64,000 nucleotides of DNA from Candidatus Bathyarchaeota archaeon (GCA_963769425.1 CAVYLP010000006.1:320001-384000); one strand, 5' to 3'; numbered from the stretch's first letter, positions 38,500 to 49,584 are shown. Program-made: numbers and translations. Notes: generated by a model not told the origin, from the letters alone.

Positions 38500-39461
38500 T
38501 AGGATCAAACATATCTGGAAACCTGCCTAGGACCCAGGAGCTGATCGCGAAGACCCGGGCCTACGACAGGGCTAAGCTATCAGATGAGGAGCTGGAGGCC
38601 GCCTATTTAGAGGCTACGAAGCAGGTTATAGATGGGCAAGTTAAGGCTGGGCTCACCCACGTCAATGACGGGTTGCTCAAGTGGCAGGACCTCCTCCGCC
38701 CGTTCACCCTCGGCCTCGGAGGCGTCGAACTCGGCCCCATGGCCCGATGGTTCAACAACAACACATTCTACAAGGTCCCCATCGTCAACGGACCCATCGT
38801 ATATAATGGATCGGTGACGGAGAAGCTCGGCTACAGGAAGCTCCTTCCCAAGGGATCGGCACTCAAAGCAGTCCTTCCAGCCCCTTACACGTTCGCCGCC
38901 CTCGCCGACGACCACTTTTACGGCAACAAAGTCAAACTTCAAGCCGCCTACGCAGAGGCACTAAACCAAGAGGCAAAGCATCTTGAAAAACTCGGTTACG
39001 GCTATATCCAGTTTAGCGACCCCGCCCTCGTCTACGTCACCACGAAGCCCGCGAAGAATGAGTTGAAGGCTTATGGTAAGGTGCTTGAGGTTGCTACGGC
39101 GGGGTTGAAAGTGAAGACGTGCCTGCAGACATTCTTCGGAGATGCCGGCGACATCCTCCCCGAAGCACTTGCTTATCATGTGTCGGACCTTGGATTTGAC
39201 CTATACGAGACAGCACCGGAGATCTTGAAGGGGCTAAAACTGAATGGCGGGATATCACTCGGTCTCGTCGACGCCCGCAACTCGACGATAGAGGACGTGG
39301 GGGAGATCACCGAGGCCGCCAAGCAGATACTCAAGAACCTGAAGCCGAAGGACGTCTACGTCTCTACGAACTGCGACACCGACTTCCTCACCTGGGAGAA
39401 GGCGGAGGAGAAGATTGGCGTGCTGGCTCGTGTGGCAGAGAACCTCAGGAGGGACACTTGA
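38496..39461 (+). CDS. Methionine synthase MetE N-terminal-half homologue (split MetE)
   Basis: DGLLKWQD, RWFNNNTFYKVP, LQTFFGD and LGLVDARN; Zn ligands absent. Confidence 0.8.
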   Translation: MIGSNISGNLPRTQELIAKTRAYDRAKLSDEELEAAYLEATKQVIDGQVKAGLTHVNDGLLKWQDLLRPFTLGLGGVELGPMARWFNNNTFYKVPIVNGPIVYNGSVTEKLGYRKLLPKGSALKAVLPAPYTFAALADDHFYGNKVKLQAAYAEALNQEAKHLEKLGYGYIQFSDPALVYVTTKPAKNELKAYGKVLEVATAGLKVKTCLQTFFGDAGDILPEALAYHVSDLGFDLYETAPEILKGLKLNGGISLGLVDARNSTIEDVGEITEAAKQILKNLKPKDVYVSTNCDTDFLTWEKAEEKIGVLARVAENLRRDT

Positions 39462-40591
39462 TGGCGAAGCTCTTCGAGACATATGAGATAGGCAGCCTCG
39501 CCAAGCACAGCTGGAGGCTAAAGGGCTACAACGGCGCGAAGCTCACCGAAGCGGACATCGCAGAGGCGGAGACCTGGGGGAAGAGGCTCGGAATCGACTA
39601 CAAGCCACTCATCAAGCTCCTCAAGGGCAACGCCCCCGACAAAAAGCAGCAAGTAGTCAATTGGAGCGCCCTATACGCCGTCAAGATGTTTGAGAAGCTC
39701 GGCCTTGACTACGTCTACACCGGCGAGCAATGGCGCGAGGAGATGTACGCACACGTCGCCAAGAACGTCGAGGGATTCGAGTTCACGGGCTGGATAAAGA
39801 GCTTCGACTACCGCTACTACAGGAAGGCGGCCGTCGTCGGCGAGGTCAAGTACCGAGACCCCTTCTACATCGACGAGTACGAGTACATCAAGTCCCACGC
39901 CAAGGCGGAGCTCAAGGTCCCAATCACCGGTCCATACACGATGACGGACTGGAGCTTCAACGAGCACTACTGGCGGAAGCTGGGGAAGGTGAAGAGCCTC
40001 AAGGAGAGGAAGTCACGAGCACGTAGGGAGCTTATGCTCGACGTTGTAGACAACGCGTTACGCCCCGAGTTCGAGAAGCTCATCGCTGCAGGGACAAAGT
40101 GGATTCAGATCGATGAGCCCGCACTAACGACACAGCCTACAGCTGAGGAGATGGGCCTCTTCGTCGAGGCGTGGAACAGGCTCGTCTCGGGGCTAGACTG
40201 CAGGTTCAGCCTCCACAACTGCTACAGTGATTACGGGTTGCTAGCCAAGTACGTCTCAGACCTGAAAAACTGTGAGCAGATTAGCCTCGAGTTCGCCAAC
40301 AGAGACACGAAGGAGTTGGGAAGGAATAGGCCCGCTTACGACCTCATCAAGAGCTTTGAGGACCACGGTTACGAGGGAGCCTACGCTCCCGGCTTCATCC
40401 ACGTACACACAGATCAGATAGCCTCCCCCGAGGTGGTAAGGGACCGCATCCTCTGCGTCGCCGACATCGCCGGCCCGGAGAGGGTCTACGTTGCTCCCGA
40501 CTGTGGGCTTCGGACGAGGACCTGGGAAATAGCCTACCAGAAGCTAGAGAATCTCGTCAAGGGCGCGGAACTAGCCAGAGAAGCAGTTTAA
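39458..40591 (+). CDS. metE: Cobalamin-independent methionine synthase catalytic (C-terminal) half
   Basis: KVPITGPYT, IQIDEPA, Zn ligands H-N-C, E and PDCGLRT. Confidence 0.88.
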   Translation: MMAKLFETYEIGSLAKHSWRLKGYNGAKLTEADIAEAETWGKRLGIDYKPLIKLLKGNAPDKKQQVVNWSALYAVKMFEKLGLDYVYTGEQWREEMYAHVAKNVEGFEFTGWIKSFDYRYYRKAAVVGEVKYRDPFYIDEYEYIKSHAKAELKVPITGPYTMTDWSFNEHYWRKLGKVKSLKERKSRARRELMLDVVDNALRPEFEKLIAAGTKWIQIDEPALTTQPTAEEMGLFVEAWNRLVSGLDCRFSLHNCYSDYGLLAKYVSDLKNCEQISLEFANRDTKELGRNRPAYDLIKSFEDHGYEGAYAPGFIHVHTDQIASPEVVRDRILCVADIAGPERVYVAPDCGLRTRTWEIAYQKLENLVKGAELAREAV

Positions 40592-41547
40592 ACCTTTTTC
40601 TTGCCCTCGACCTTCTCGAGTGCACCCGCAATAATCAGTGGGAGTATGCTCGTGACCTCCCCGAATATAGTGGAGGTCATGTCCATCTGCTCACCCTTTA
40701 GCTTCCCCCAGCTGATCGACTCCTTCAGCGGCGCACCGCTTAGGCTACCGTCTTCGACACGTGCTGACCCGATTTGGACCGCGGCGTCGAGCCCCTCCCT
40801 GAGGGTGTGGAGGTACTGTGTGTGGTGCTTCGGCGTCCCGCCACCGAGGATTATCGCCCCCGACTTCTTTGCATCGTAGACCATGTCCGTGAACCTGTCG
40901 AAGTCCCTGAGGGGGTTGATGACGAGCTTCTTCTGCTTCGAGTACATGTAGAGGGGGATCCCGAGCATGCAGTCGAGGAACCCGGGGCTGAAGATGGGGA
41001 TGTCCCTCTTCGCTGCGTTGTAGAGTATCGAGTCCTTGTCGGTGAGCCTGAGCCCGATCTCCTTTAGGAGCCCGTTAATCGGGATGCCGTCACGCGTCTC
41101 CTCCGGGATATCGTCGAGAATCTTGTAGACGTACTTCTCGAGTTCCTCGAAGACCTTACCCTCGAAGTAGATGTCGTAGGCGCGGTTGATGCCCTTCTTG
41201 TAGAGCTCCTCGTCGTCCGCGTCGACCTTCCCGATGTAGTGATGGGCACCCATCGCCTCGATTAGGTCTCCGACCATGTTCGCGCCGTTAGTAACAACGG
41301 CATCCACGTACCCGTCCTTGACGAGGTCGGAGAAAACGACCCTAAGGCCACCATGACAGAGGGGGCCAGAGAGCGTAATGAACGTGGTGTACTCGGGATT
41401 AGAGAACATCTCGGCGACTATATCAACGGCCTTCCCGACCCTACCCGCCTGCATGACGCCGGTCTTACGCATCTCGTCGGCTAACTCGCCGACGGTCATC
41501 CCGGCCTTGAGGCGCATCTGGTGGACGCGCTTCAACCGGGGGCTCAA
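40588..41547 (-). CDS. dys: Deoxyhypusine synthase
   Basis: GGGTPKHH, DGSLSGAPLKESISWGK (catalytic Lys); downstream of aIF5A. Confidence 0.95.
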   Translation of the reverse strand: MSPRLKRVHQMRLKAGMTVGELADEMRKTGVMQAGRVGKAVDIVAEMFSNPEYTTFITLSGPLCHGGLRVVFSDLVKDGYVDAVVTNGANMVGDLIEAMGAHHYIGKVDADDEELYKKGINRAYDIYFEGKVFEELEKYVYKILDDIPEETRDGIPINGLLKEIGLRLTDKDSILYNAAKRDIPIFSPGFLDCMLGIPLYMYSKQKKLVINPLRDFDRFTDMVYDAKKSGAIILGGGTPKHHTQYLHTLREGLDAAVQIGSARVEDGSLSGAPLKESISWGKLKGEQMDMTSTIFGEVTSILPLIIAGALEKVEGKKKV

Positions 41548-41945
41548 CTCTTTACGCGGTTGATCTTGTACCGACCCATTATGATCCAGTACTCGACCTC
41601 TTTACCCGCCGCGATCTTCGAGGCGATGTCCTCATCGGTAGGCATCGCTATCTCAATGGTCTCATAGGTTTCGAGGTCCATGAGTTGCACGCCCTGACCA
41701 GGTGTGATGGATACTATCTGACCACTCCTCTTGTCGACGATGGGGACCTGGCAGCCCGCGTCCGCTTGGGCGAGGTAAGTCTTCTTCTTCCCGTCGAAGA
41801 GGCTTATACCGCTTGCGCGTATCTTTGCGCTGCCGTGCTTGCCGGGCTTGCTCTTTTCGATGTCGACTATCTGGCAGGGCTCATTGTCTATGAGGGCGTA
41901 GCTGCCGACTTTTAGATCGCCGGCCCTCGAGTTCTTGTATGCCAT
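41544..41945 (-). CDS. eif5a: Translation factor aIF5A
   Basis: KSKPGKHGSAK hypusination loop; QLMDLETYET. Confidence 0.97.
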   Translation of the reverse strand: MAYKNSRAGDLKVGSYALIDNEPCQIVDIEKSKPGKHGSAKIRASGISLFDGKKKTYLAQADAGCQVPIVDKRSGQIVSITPGQGVQLMDLETYETIEIAMPTDEDIASKIAAGKEVEYWIIMGRYKINRVKS

Positions 41946-42065
41946 GGATACACCTGTTGGTTCAGTTTCAAGCACCCAAACAGTATTAAAGATTGTGCAG
42001 AAATGCTGGGTTTTAGGACCTAGAACATCTTTTATTTTTCATTAACAGATATTTCAGGGGGTGGA

Positions 42066-43116
42066 TTGGGTTCGGCTCGCATACATCGGCCAGAGATGAT
42101 CGCGAACTTCGCCATCACATACAGGTGCAACAGCAGGTGCTCCACATGCGGCATCTGGAAGACTGGGGACCCGACCGCGGGGGAGTTGACCCTGAGGGAG
42201 ATCAGGGGGTTCTTCGAGTCCGAGAAGGACTTCCTCTCGGAAGTCAAATCCGTTCAATTGACAGGGGGTGAACCCTTCCTTCGCCCCGACGTCGTCTCCA
42301 TCGCCGAGTCGATCTGGCGTAACATCCCTGGCGCCTTCATTTGGATTGCTACAAACGCCCTGCTCTCGGATGTGGTGGTTAGTAAGACCGAGGAGATGCT
42401 CAACATACCTGGGAGAGGTGGCTTGGGGGTGACTGTCTCCGTCGACGGGATCGGGAAGACACACGACTCCCAGAGGGGTGTCGATGGGGGCTATGAGAAG
42501 GCGCTACTAACCCTCGCCTGGCTGTCAGAAATTCGAAGCCGGAACCATGACATGAGCCTCTCGGTTGGCATGACTCTGACCCCTCTGAACCAGAAGGAGA
42601 TAACAGCGGTGAGGCATGTCGCGGAGGCCCACGGTGCGGACTACACAATAAGACCCGCGAACGTCAGCGAACTGTACTATCGAAACGAGCCAATCGTCGG
42701 TGGGTGGGACATGGAAATTATACGCCGAGGACTGAGAGGTGTCGAGGAAGCGTATATCAGACGCAGGGGAGTGAGGGGATGCAGTCCCGGTGATCAGCTA
42801 CCTGAGAAGGATACCATCCTACATCTCAAAGGGGGTGAGGGAAATGCAATGCACCGCGGGTTCCTCATCATTTTTCCTCGACCCCAAAGGGGCAGTCTAT
42901 CCGTGCCTATTTGTGGAAACGAAGATTGGTGACATTAAGGAAGCGCCTCTATCAGAATCATGGGGATCGAGTGAGGCAGAGGTAATAAGACGACGGATCA
43001 GAAGTGGGCACTGCTCTGGGTGTTGGGTTGAGTGCGAGGCGATGAGGGAAGTAAGAAGAGATAAGATCGGGTTAGCCTCGGCTGCGTTAAAAGCCAGCTT
43101 CAGCTGGTTCGCTTGA
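42066..43116 (+). CDS. Radical SAM protein with SPASM/twitch domain; frameshift near 42775
   Basis: [11 protein letters not shown] and LTGGEPF; second frame CTAG...GAVYPC...CSGCWVEC. Confidence 0.88.
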
Positions 43117-43375
43117 TTATGTGGTAGCCGAACTGGGTCTTAACGGGATCGGATACCTGCCCGGGTTTGAGGGCGAACGCGACCTTCTCGAACTCCTTCA
43201 CCATCTGGCCCCTCCCGAACTGGCCAAGGTCTCCGCCCTTCTTGCCAGAAGGGCAGGTGCTGTACTTCTTTGCCAGTTCGCTGAAGTTTCCGCCAGCCTT
43301 TAACTCCTCGGCCACTTTGAGGGCTTGTGATTGCTTCTCCACAAGTATGTGGGACGCCCTGATCTTTGTGGACAT
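43100..43375 (-). CDS. ppiC: Parvulin-type peptidyl-prolyl isomerase
   Basis: [21 protein letters not shown] and TQFGYHII. Confidence 0.95.
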   Translation of the reverse strand: MSTKIRASHILVEKQSQALKVAEELKAGGNFSELAKKYSTCPSGKKGGDLGQFGRGQMVKEFEKVAFALKPGQVSDPVKTQFGYHIIKRTS

Positions 43376-43422
43376 CTCTATCCACTAATGCCCGGATTCG
43401 GTTTAGATAAAGGGTTGGGTGG

Positions 43423-45444
43423 TCAGTACTTGACCTTGTATACGAGGACCCAACCTAGCGGGGAGGGGTATACCAGCTCGAAGTGGGCCTTAAAGTCGGC
43501 TGAGCTGTTGCCGTACATGAGCCCCGCGATCGTCGTGTTCTTGAACTTCGTTGTATACTGGTACTGGCCTGCTTGCTGGTTGTACGAATAGTAGTCGGCG
43601 ACGTTTAAGCCGGCTATATTCGCCATCTGTGGCCACTTTGCGTTGTCACCGAAGGGCCATTCCTCCTGTCGGTTGTTGGGGTTGAAGGTTATGAATACGA
43701 CGACGTAGTCGACGTGGAACTTCTGCATGAGTGGGAGGGAGACGTTCTGCGGCTGCATCATCATGTTCGCGATGTTGACGATCTGTGTCCTGTTCAATGT
43801 GGAGCCGTCGGCGAGGGTTGTGCGGTTGGCCATCGTCTCTATCCAGTAGCCGTAGTCCCACCATGAGCAGACAACGGACCCGGGGGTCGTGTTCGCGTTC
43901 ATCCAGCTGAGGGTCTTGATCCAGTCATTCGCGTACGCTCCGTCGAGGATTACCGGGACGCCGCTCTGGACGAGCGGGCCTGGGCTAACGGCCGAGGATG
44001 TTGCATTGAGGGCGTGTGGGACTAGGGCGCCGAAGAGGAGGATTATGAAGATGAGGCTGAGGCCTTTGCTGACGGCTACCGCCTGCGCCTTCCTGCTCCG
44101 ACTCTTCGTATCCTGCCTCGTGAAGACTGCGCGGAAGGGCTCGAGGAGCTTCACGAGCGCGTATCCTGCCAGTAGGGAGGCGGGGAAGGCGAGTATGAGT
44201 GTGAGCCTAACGACGGTCCCCGTGAAGTAGACTGAGGTTAGGAAGAAGAGGAGCATGTAGTACCTGCTGTCCCCGCCCTCCTTCAGGATGAAGTAGGCGC
44301 CGAGAGCGGCGAGCACTATGGTGACGCCGAAGTCGGCGAAGAAAACGGACCAGCTTGAGACCTTGTTTTCGCCGACCGACGAGTAGAGGGCTCCAGCGTC
44401 CTCGAAGGGGTTGAGGACCTTCGCGAACTTACCGGCGATAGGGTTGCCGATGCCGAAGTATGGTAGTACAATGAAGGCGGCGAGAGCCAGAACGACAAGG
44501 CCGAGCGTCGCCATGCGGGCCTGGGATTCGGGCATCCTCGTCTTTATGATCTCATAGACGACGAGGAGGCCGATGGCACCGAGGGCGGCGAGGTTCTCGA
44601 TGTTGAGGATGTAGCTGACTCCTAGGCGGGGGACGATTAGTGCGATGAGGAATCCCACTATTGTAGTTATGCTGTAGGAGATGATGTGGCGCTGCTCGAT
44701 CTTCCCGATCACGAGCATGACAACAATGTAGAGCAAGAGAAGGCTCGATATGTATCGTGCTGCGCCCCAGGAGGCGAAGGCGTACCCCATTGTGAGCCCG
44801 CCTGCGATTGCATATATCACGCGCTTTGATAGCGAGTTCTTGGCCTGAATGCTTCTAAGGAAGAAGAATGGGGTCGCGACTATGCCGAAGATGCCGATGT
44901 TCTCCGTGTCGAAGAAGCCCGCGACTGTCCTACCTATGTAGCTTGGGCTGATGGCCATCAGGAGTGAGGTAAAAATACCCGTGGCCTTCCCGCCGAAGTC
45001 CTTACCGAAGAAGTAGGCAATGACGCAGACCACCGTGGCCATGAAGACTGGGAAGTACATTGCAACGTTTAGTAGTGAGATCTTGAGTTGGATGGTGTTT
45101 AGTAGCTGGTAGATGAATACGGCCGAGAATGGGTTGCCCGGGTAGCTGCTCGCTGCGATATCGCGTCCCTTTGGGAACCAGCTCAGGGTGTCGTGCCAGG
45201 TGAAGTAGGCACCGTAGCCGTTCTTCGCTATGTACTCGGATATCCTGTAGAAGAAGAAGGGGTCATACTCGTTGAGGTAGTCGCCCCATCTTAGGAGTAT
45301 CACCCTGAGGATTATGGCGACGGTGATGATGAGGCCGAGGGCGGCGATCTCGATAGCAACTGCCCTGCTGAGCCTTATGCTAGATAGGAAACCTCCGCCG
45401 GTCTTCTTGGTCTGCTGGTCGGGGGTTTTCCCTTTCTCGGCCAT
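43423..45444 (-). CDS. aglB: Oligosaccharyltransferase AglB (STT3)
   Basis: EYDPFF, GFFDTE, SVGE and SWWDYGYW; many TM helices. Confidence 0.95.
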   Translation of the reverse strand: MAEKGKTPDQQTKKTGGGFLSSIRLSRAVAIEIAALGLIITVAIILRVILLRWGDYLNEYDPFFFYRISEYIAKNGYGAYFTWHDTLSWFPKGRDIAASSYPGNPFSAVFIYQLLNTIQLKISLLNVAMYFPVFMATVVCVIAYFFGKDFGGKATGIFTSLLMAISPSYIGRTVAGFFDTENIGIFGIVATPFFFLRSIQAKNSLSKRVIYAIAGGLTMGYAFASWGAARYISSLLLLYIVVMLVIGKIEQRHIISYSITTIVGFLIALIVPRLGVSYILNIENLAALGAIGLLVVYEIIKTRMPESQARMATLGLVVLALAAFIVLPYFGIGNPIAGKFAKVLNPFEDAGALYSSVGENKVSSWSVFFADFGVTIVLAALGAYFILKEGGDSRYYMLLFFLTSVYFTGTVVRLTLILAFPASLLAGYALVKLLEPFRAVFTRQDTKSRSRKAQAVAVSKGLSLIFIILLFGALVPHALNATSSAVSPGPLVQSGVPVILDGAYANDWIKTLSWMNANTTPGSVVCSWWDYGYWIETMANRTTLADGSTLNRTQIVNIANMMMQPQNVSLPLMQKFHVDYVVVFITFNPNNRQEEWPFGDNAKWPQMANIAGLNVADYYSYNQQAGQYQYTTKFKNTTIAGLMYGNSSADFKAHFELVYPSPLGWVLVYKVKY

Positions 45445-45497
45445 GGGTTTTCAACCATTAGGGTGTCCCCGCTTTTATTTAAGTAGCTATTACCGGG

Positions 45498-46181
45498 CTA
45501 CGTACCCCTGTATAGACGTGTAGCGAACCTGTGGGGTAGGCCGGCGGCGTCTATTGCCTCCGCGGTGGCGTCGATGCTGTACTCTACGCGCCTGTGTTCG
45601 ACCCTGAGGGGGTCTGTTTCGAGGATCAGGTAGCTCGCCCTTGGGTCGCCATCACGTGGCTGCCCCACTGAACCCGGGTTCAACATGAGGCGACTACTCC
45701 GCTCGATCTTGTAGGGGACGTGGGTGTGGCCGAGGATGATTATGTCCGAGCCAGTAAGGCGTAGGTAGTCCTCGGCACGAGCCTCGGCGGTCTCCGGGTA
45801 GATGTAGCTGGTTAAGTGCTCCGTGGGACTCCCGTGGTAGACGGATACATTCAAGCCGTCAAGCTCGATCTTGAGTTCGGTTGGGAGTTTACCGAGCCAC
45901 CTGAGGCTGCCCCCGGATAGCTGCCCCCTGTTGATCCTGATGGCCTCCTGGGCGTCGTCGTTGAACCAGTCAGTCTCGACGGTCGCGACGGCGTTGTCGT
46001 GGTTCCCCGCGACGCATCTGAAGCCCTTGAAGTAGAGCCTGTCGACGCACTCCTCCGGGCTGGGGCCGTAGCCGACGGTGTCGCCGGCGGAGATGGCGGC
46101 GTCCCATGGCCCCGCGTCTTCGAGGACTGCCTCGAGGGCGGCGAGGTTGCTGTGTATGTCGGAGACGATGAGAACCTTCAA
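45498..46181 (-). CDS. Metallophosphoesterase (calcineurin-like)
   Basis: SDIHSN, GDTVGYG, GNHD, GHTH and NPGSVGQPRDG. Confidence 0.93.
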   Translation of the reverse strand: MKVLIVSDIHSNLAALEAVLEDAGPWDAAISAGDTVGYGPSPEECVDRLYFKGFRCVAGNHDNAVATVETDWFNDDAQEAIRINRGQLSGGSLRWLGKLPTELKIELDGLNVSVYHGSPTEHLTSYIYPETAEARAEDYLRLTGSDIIILGHTHVPYKIERSSRLMLNPGSVGQPRDGDPRASYLILETDPLRVEHRRVEYSIDATAEAIDAAGLPHRFATRLYRGT

Positions 46182-46249
46182 CGGGCGTCGAAGTGTACTC
46201 GGCGCCTCGTTGGATAGGCTTAACTCATGCCACGGCTACTTTCGGAGTA

Positions 46250-46579
46250 ATGAGCCTAGCCTTCCGCGTCGAGAACATGGAGGTCGAGGGGAAGACCCTG
46301 CACTGCGGCGTTCTGGAGCTTGAGAACGCCGTGGTGGCACTGTTCTGGGAGGGGGAGGAGCCGAAGCTGGGCTCCACGACGGTGACCCTCCCGGGGATGG
46401 CGTCCACCCAGCTCCTCGGCGACAGGGACCAATTAATCGGCAGGGTGCTCGGCACGCACCTCGCCGCGAAATATGGGAAGATGGCTCTCGTCTCCACCCA
46501 CATCTCTAAGGGGTATGGGGAGGAGATGGGGAAAACGCTGCTCGAATTGGCTAGGCGATTTACGGAGGAGAAGAGTTGA
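46250..46579 (+). CDS. Small protein resembling proteasome assembly chaperone (PAC4-like) family
   Basis: ELENAVVALFWE.EPKLGSTTVTLP...LAAKYGKMALVS pattern; recognition from memory. Confidence 0.5.
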   Translation: MSLAFRVENMEVEGKTLHCGVLELENAVVALFWEGEEPKLGSTTVTLPGMASTQLLGDRDQLIGRVLGTHLAAKYGKMALVSTHISKGYGEEMGKTLLELARRFTEEKS

Positions 46580-47919
46580 GCGACCTCAGAACATTCTTGA
46601 AGCAGCTGGAGAAGGATAACGACCTCATCAAGATCAAGGAGCCCATGAGCGCGAAGCTGGAGATAGCGGCGGCGCTGCAGAGATTTGACTCTGGTAAGGC
46701 TCTGCTGTTCGAGAAGGTTGATGACTACGATGTGAAGGTGGTCGGCGGCGTCTGCGGGACGCGTGACCGTATCCTTCAAGGCCTCGGGGTTGAGGCTAAG
46801 GACCTCTATCCGCGTCTTCAGCAGGCGATAAAGAACCCGAAGCGATGCGAAGTCGTGGAGAAGGGGCCGGTCATGGAGGTCGTCGAGGAGGGCGACCTGA
46901 CGAAAATACCGGTGCTCACCCACTTCAAGGGCGACCCCGGGCCCTTCATCACATCGGGGATACTCTACGCGAAGAGCCACGATGGCAATGTGGAGAACGT
47001 GAGTTTTCACAGGCTCATGGTGTTGGACCCACAGAGGATGACGATCAGGATAGTGCCTCGACACCTGCATAGGTTGACGCAGCTCGCGAGGCAGGCGGGT
47101 GTTAAGGCGCTCGACTGCTGCGTGAGCATCGGGCTCCACCCCGCAGTGCTGCTCGCGGCTAGCTCACCCGTCAACTGGGGGGTCTGCGAATACGATGTGG
47201 CGAATAACCTCCTCGGTGGCTCGCTGAAGCTGGTGAAGTGCCCACACGTGGACGCGTTAGCTCCGGCGGACGCGGAGCTAGTGCTGGAGTGTCGCATCAG
47301 GCTCGACGAGGACGTGGACGAGGGACCCTTCGTGGACCTCTCGGGAACCTTCGATGTGAAGCGCAGGCAGCCTATCGTGGAGGTAATCGGCCAGATGCAT
47401 CGGAGAGACTACATGTATCAGGCGCTGCTCCCGGCGGGGGCGGAGCACATGTTGCTGATGGGGATGCCGCCGGAGGTCCGTATCTGGGAGTACTGCATGA
47501 ACATCGTACCCACGGTGAGGGGCGTCAACATGACCCTCGGCGGCAACGGGTGGCTCCACTGCGTCGTCTCCTTCGACAAGGTCCGGGAGGGGGACCCGAA
47601 GAACGTCCTGATGGCAATGTTCGCAGCGCACCCAAGCCTCAAGCACGCTGTCGTCGTGGACGGTGACATCGACCCGACGAACATGCAGGAGGTCGAGTGG
47701 GCGATAGCGACGCGATTCAAGGGCGACGAGGATCTACTCATCGTCCCCGGCGTCCGGGTGAGCAGCCTCGACCCGACCGCGGACCAGCAGACAGAGCTCG
47801 GATGCAAGGTAGGCTTCGATGCCACGCGCCCCCTCGGCAAGCCGAAGGAGAAGTTCATGAAGGCCGAGATAACGGTCCCGGACCGCGTCAGGAAGATACT
47901 CGACCGGTACGCGGGATAA
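46576..47919 (+). CDS. UbiD-family prFMN decarboxylase, probably anhydromevalonate phosphate decarboxylase
   Basis: NVSFHR, EGPFVDL and VVVDGDID; directly followed by the AcnX subunits. Confidence 0.88.
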   Translation: MSDLRTFLKQLEKDNDLIKIKEPMSAKLEIAAALQRFDSGKALLFEKVDDYDVKVVGGVCGTRDRILQGLGVEAKDLYPRLQQAIKNPKRCEVVEKGPVMEVVEEGDLTKIPVLTHFKGDPGPFITSGILYAKSHDGNVENVSFHRLMVLDPQRMTIRIVPRHLHRLTQLARQAGVKALDCCVSIGLHPAVLLAASSPVNWGVCEYDVANNLLGGSLKLVKCPHVDALAPADAELVLECRIRLDEDVDEGPFVDLSGTFDVKRRQPIVEVIGQMHRRDYMYQALLPAGAEHMLLMGMPPEVRIWEYCMNIVPTVRGVNMTLGGNGWLHCVVSFDKVREGDPKNVLMAMFAAHPSLKHAVVVDGDIDPTNMQEVEWAIATRFKGDEDLLIVPGVRVSSLDPTADQQTELGCKVGFDATRPLGKPKEKFMKAEITVPDRVRKILDRYAG

Positions 47920-47997
47920 ACACTTACTGCTTATATCGAAAATATTTTTTTTTCCGAGGGTTTTTAGCGTCGTATCTTGCTGTCTTTGTGATACTGG

Positions 47998-49189
47998 TTG
48001 CATCTCACGAGGGAGGAGGAGCGGATGCTCGTCGGGGAGCACGGCGCGGGGGTGGCGAAGTCCCTGGAGCTGCTCGTGGCGCTCGGCGATGTCTTCGGGG
48101 CGGAGAAGCTGGTGCCCGTTGAGAGCGCTCACGTCTCCGGTGTGAGCTACAAGAACCTCGGGGACGCTGGGCTTGAGTGGCTTGAGGATCAGGCGAAGCT
48201 GGGCGCGAAGGCGAAGGTGACGGGCGACGCTCAACCCGGCGGGGATGGATATGAATCGCTGGAGGGAGATGAACGTCCCCGAGAAATTCGCTGACGGGCA
48301 GCTACGAGTCATCCGTGCCTTCGAGGCCCTCGGGATCGAGCCAACGTGCACATGCACTCCCTACCTCGTGGGACACGTGCCGAGGTTCGGTGCACAGATA
48401 GCGTGGGCGGAGTCGTCAGCCATCTGCTACTCGAACTCGGTCCTCGGGGCGAGGACTAACAGGGAGTCGGGGCCCACAACGATAGCGAGCGCCATCACGG
48501 GCCTCACCCCCCTCTACGAGTACAGGCTAGATGAGAACAGGCTCCCGGGGAAGCTGGTGGAGGTCGAGGCGAAGCTCTCGGACCCCCTCGACTACAGCGC
48601 CCTCGGCTATGTCACGGGGAAGATGGTGGGCACCACCGTCCCGTACTTCAAGGGACTCGGGAAGCCAAGTCTAGAATCTCTGAAGACCTTGGGGGCTGCC
48701 CTGGCCACGAGTGGCGGCGTCGCCCTATGGCACGGTGAGGGAGTCACGCCCGAGGCGGAGAAGGTCAAGCCCCACCTCCGGGAGGTGGAGAAGGTCACGG
48801 TCACCGAGAAGGACCTGCGGGAAGCGCGTGAGAAGTTCACCTGCGAGGTCGCCGACCCCGTCACCTGCATCGGCTGCCCCCACTGCAGCCTTCACGAGGT
48901 CGGGGAGGTCGCGAGCCTCTGCAAGGGCAAGGAGATTGCCAGAAAGCTCTGGCTCTTCACGAGCCGCGGCGTCTATGTCGAGGCAGAGAGCAAGGGCTAC
49001 GTGCGCCAGATCGAGGACGCGGGCGGCAAGGTCTACGTCGACACCTGCATGGTTGTCGCTCCTCTCAAGGAGATGGGGTGGAAGGAGGTCGCCGTCAACA
49101 GCTTCAAGGGCGCACAATACAGCGCCAACATGGGACTCAAGACCAGGGTTGGTACCGCTAGGGAGCTCGTCAAGGAGGCCCTGAAGTGA
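47998..49189 (+). CDS. Aconitase X large subunit (phosphomevalonate dehydratase); extra G near 48223
   Basis: AHVSGVSY, (T)LNPAGMD, TCTCTPY, WAESSA, GARTNRESG, GCPH and DTCMVV. Confidence 0.9.
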
Positions 49190-49584
49190 TTTTAAAGGGG
49201 CGTAAGGTAGTCGGTGGCACAGCTGAGGGCGAGGCACTCGTGAGCAAGGATCCCGTCAGCTTCTACGGCGGCGTTGACCCAGATACAGGCATCATCACTG
49301 AGCCGGGCCACGCCTGCTACGGCAAGAGCATCTCCGGTAAGGTCTTCGTCTTCCCTACTGGGAAGGGGAGCACAGTCGGGAGCTACGTCATCTACAGGAT
49401 GAAGAAGCAGGGCACTGCTCCCGCCGCGATCATAAACGTGGAGACGGAAGCGATCCTCGCCACTGGCTGCGTCATATCCAACATCCCACTCGTCGACAAG
49501 CTAGACACCGACCCACTCAAGGCATTTAGAACGGGTATGAGGCTACGCGTCTTCGGCGACGAGGGGCTAGTCGAGACGATCTAG
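49186..49584 (+). CDS. Aconitase X small (swiveling, DUF126) subunit
   Basis: SFYGGVDP and GKGSTVGSY. Confidence 0.92.
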   Translation: MILKGRKVVGGTAEGEALVSKDPVSFYGGVDPDTGIITEPGHACYGKSISGKVFVFPTGKGSTVGSYVIYRMKKQGTAPAAIINVETEAILATGCVISNIPLVDKLDTDPLKAFRTGMRLRVFGDEGLVETI

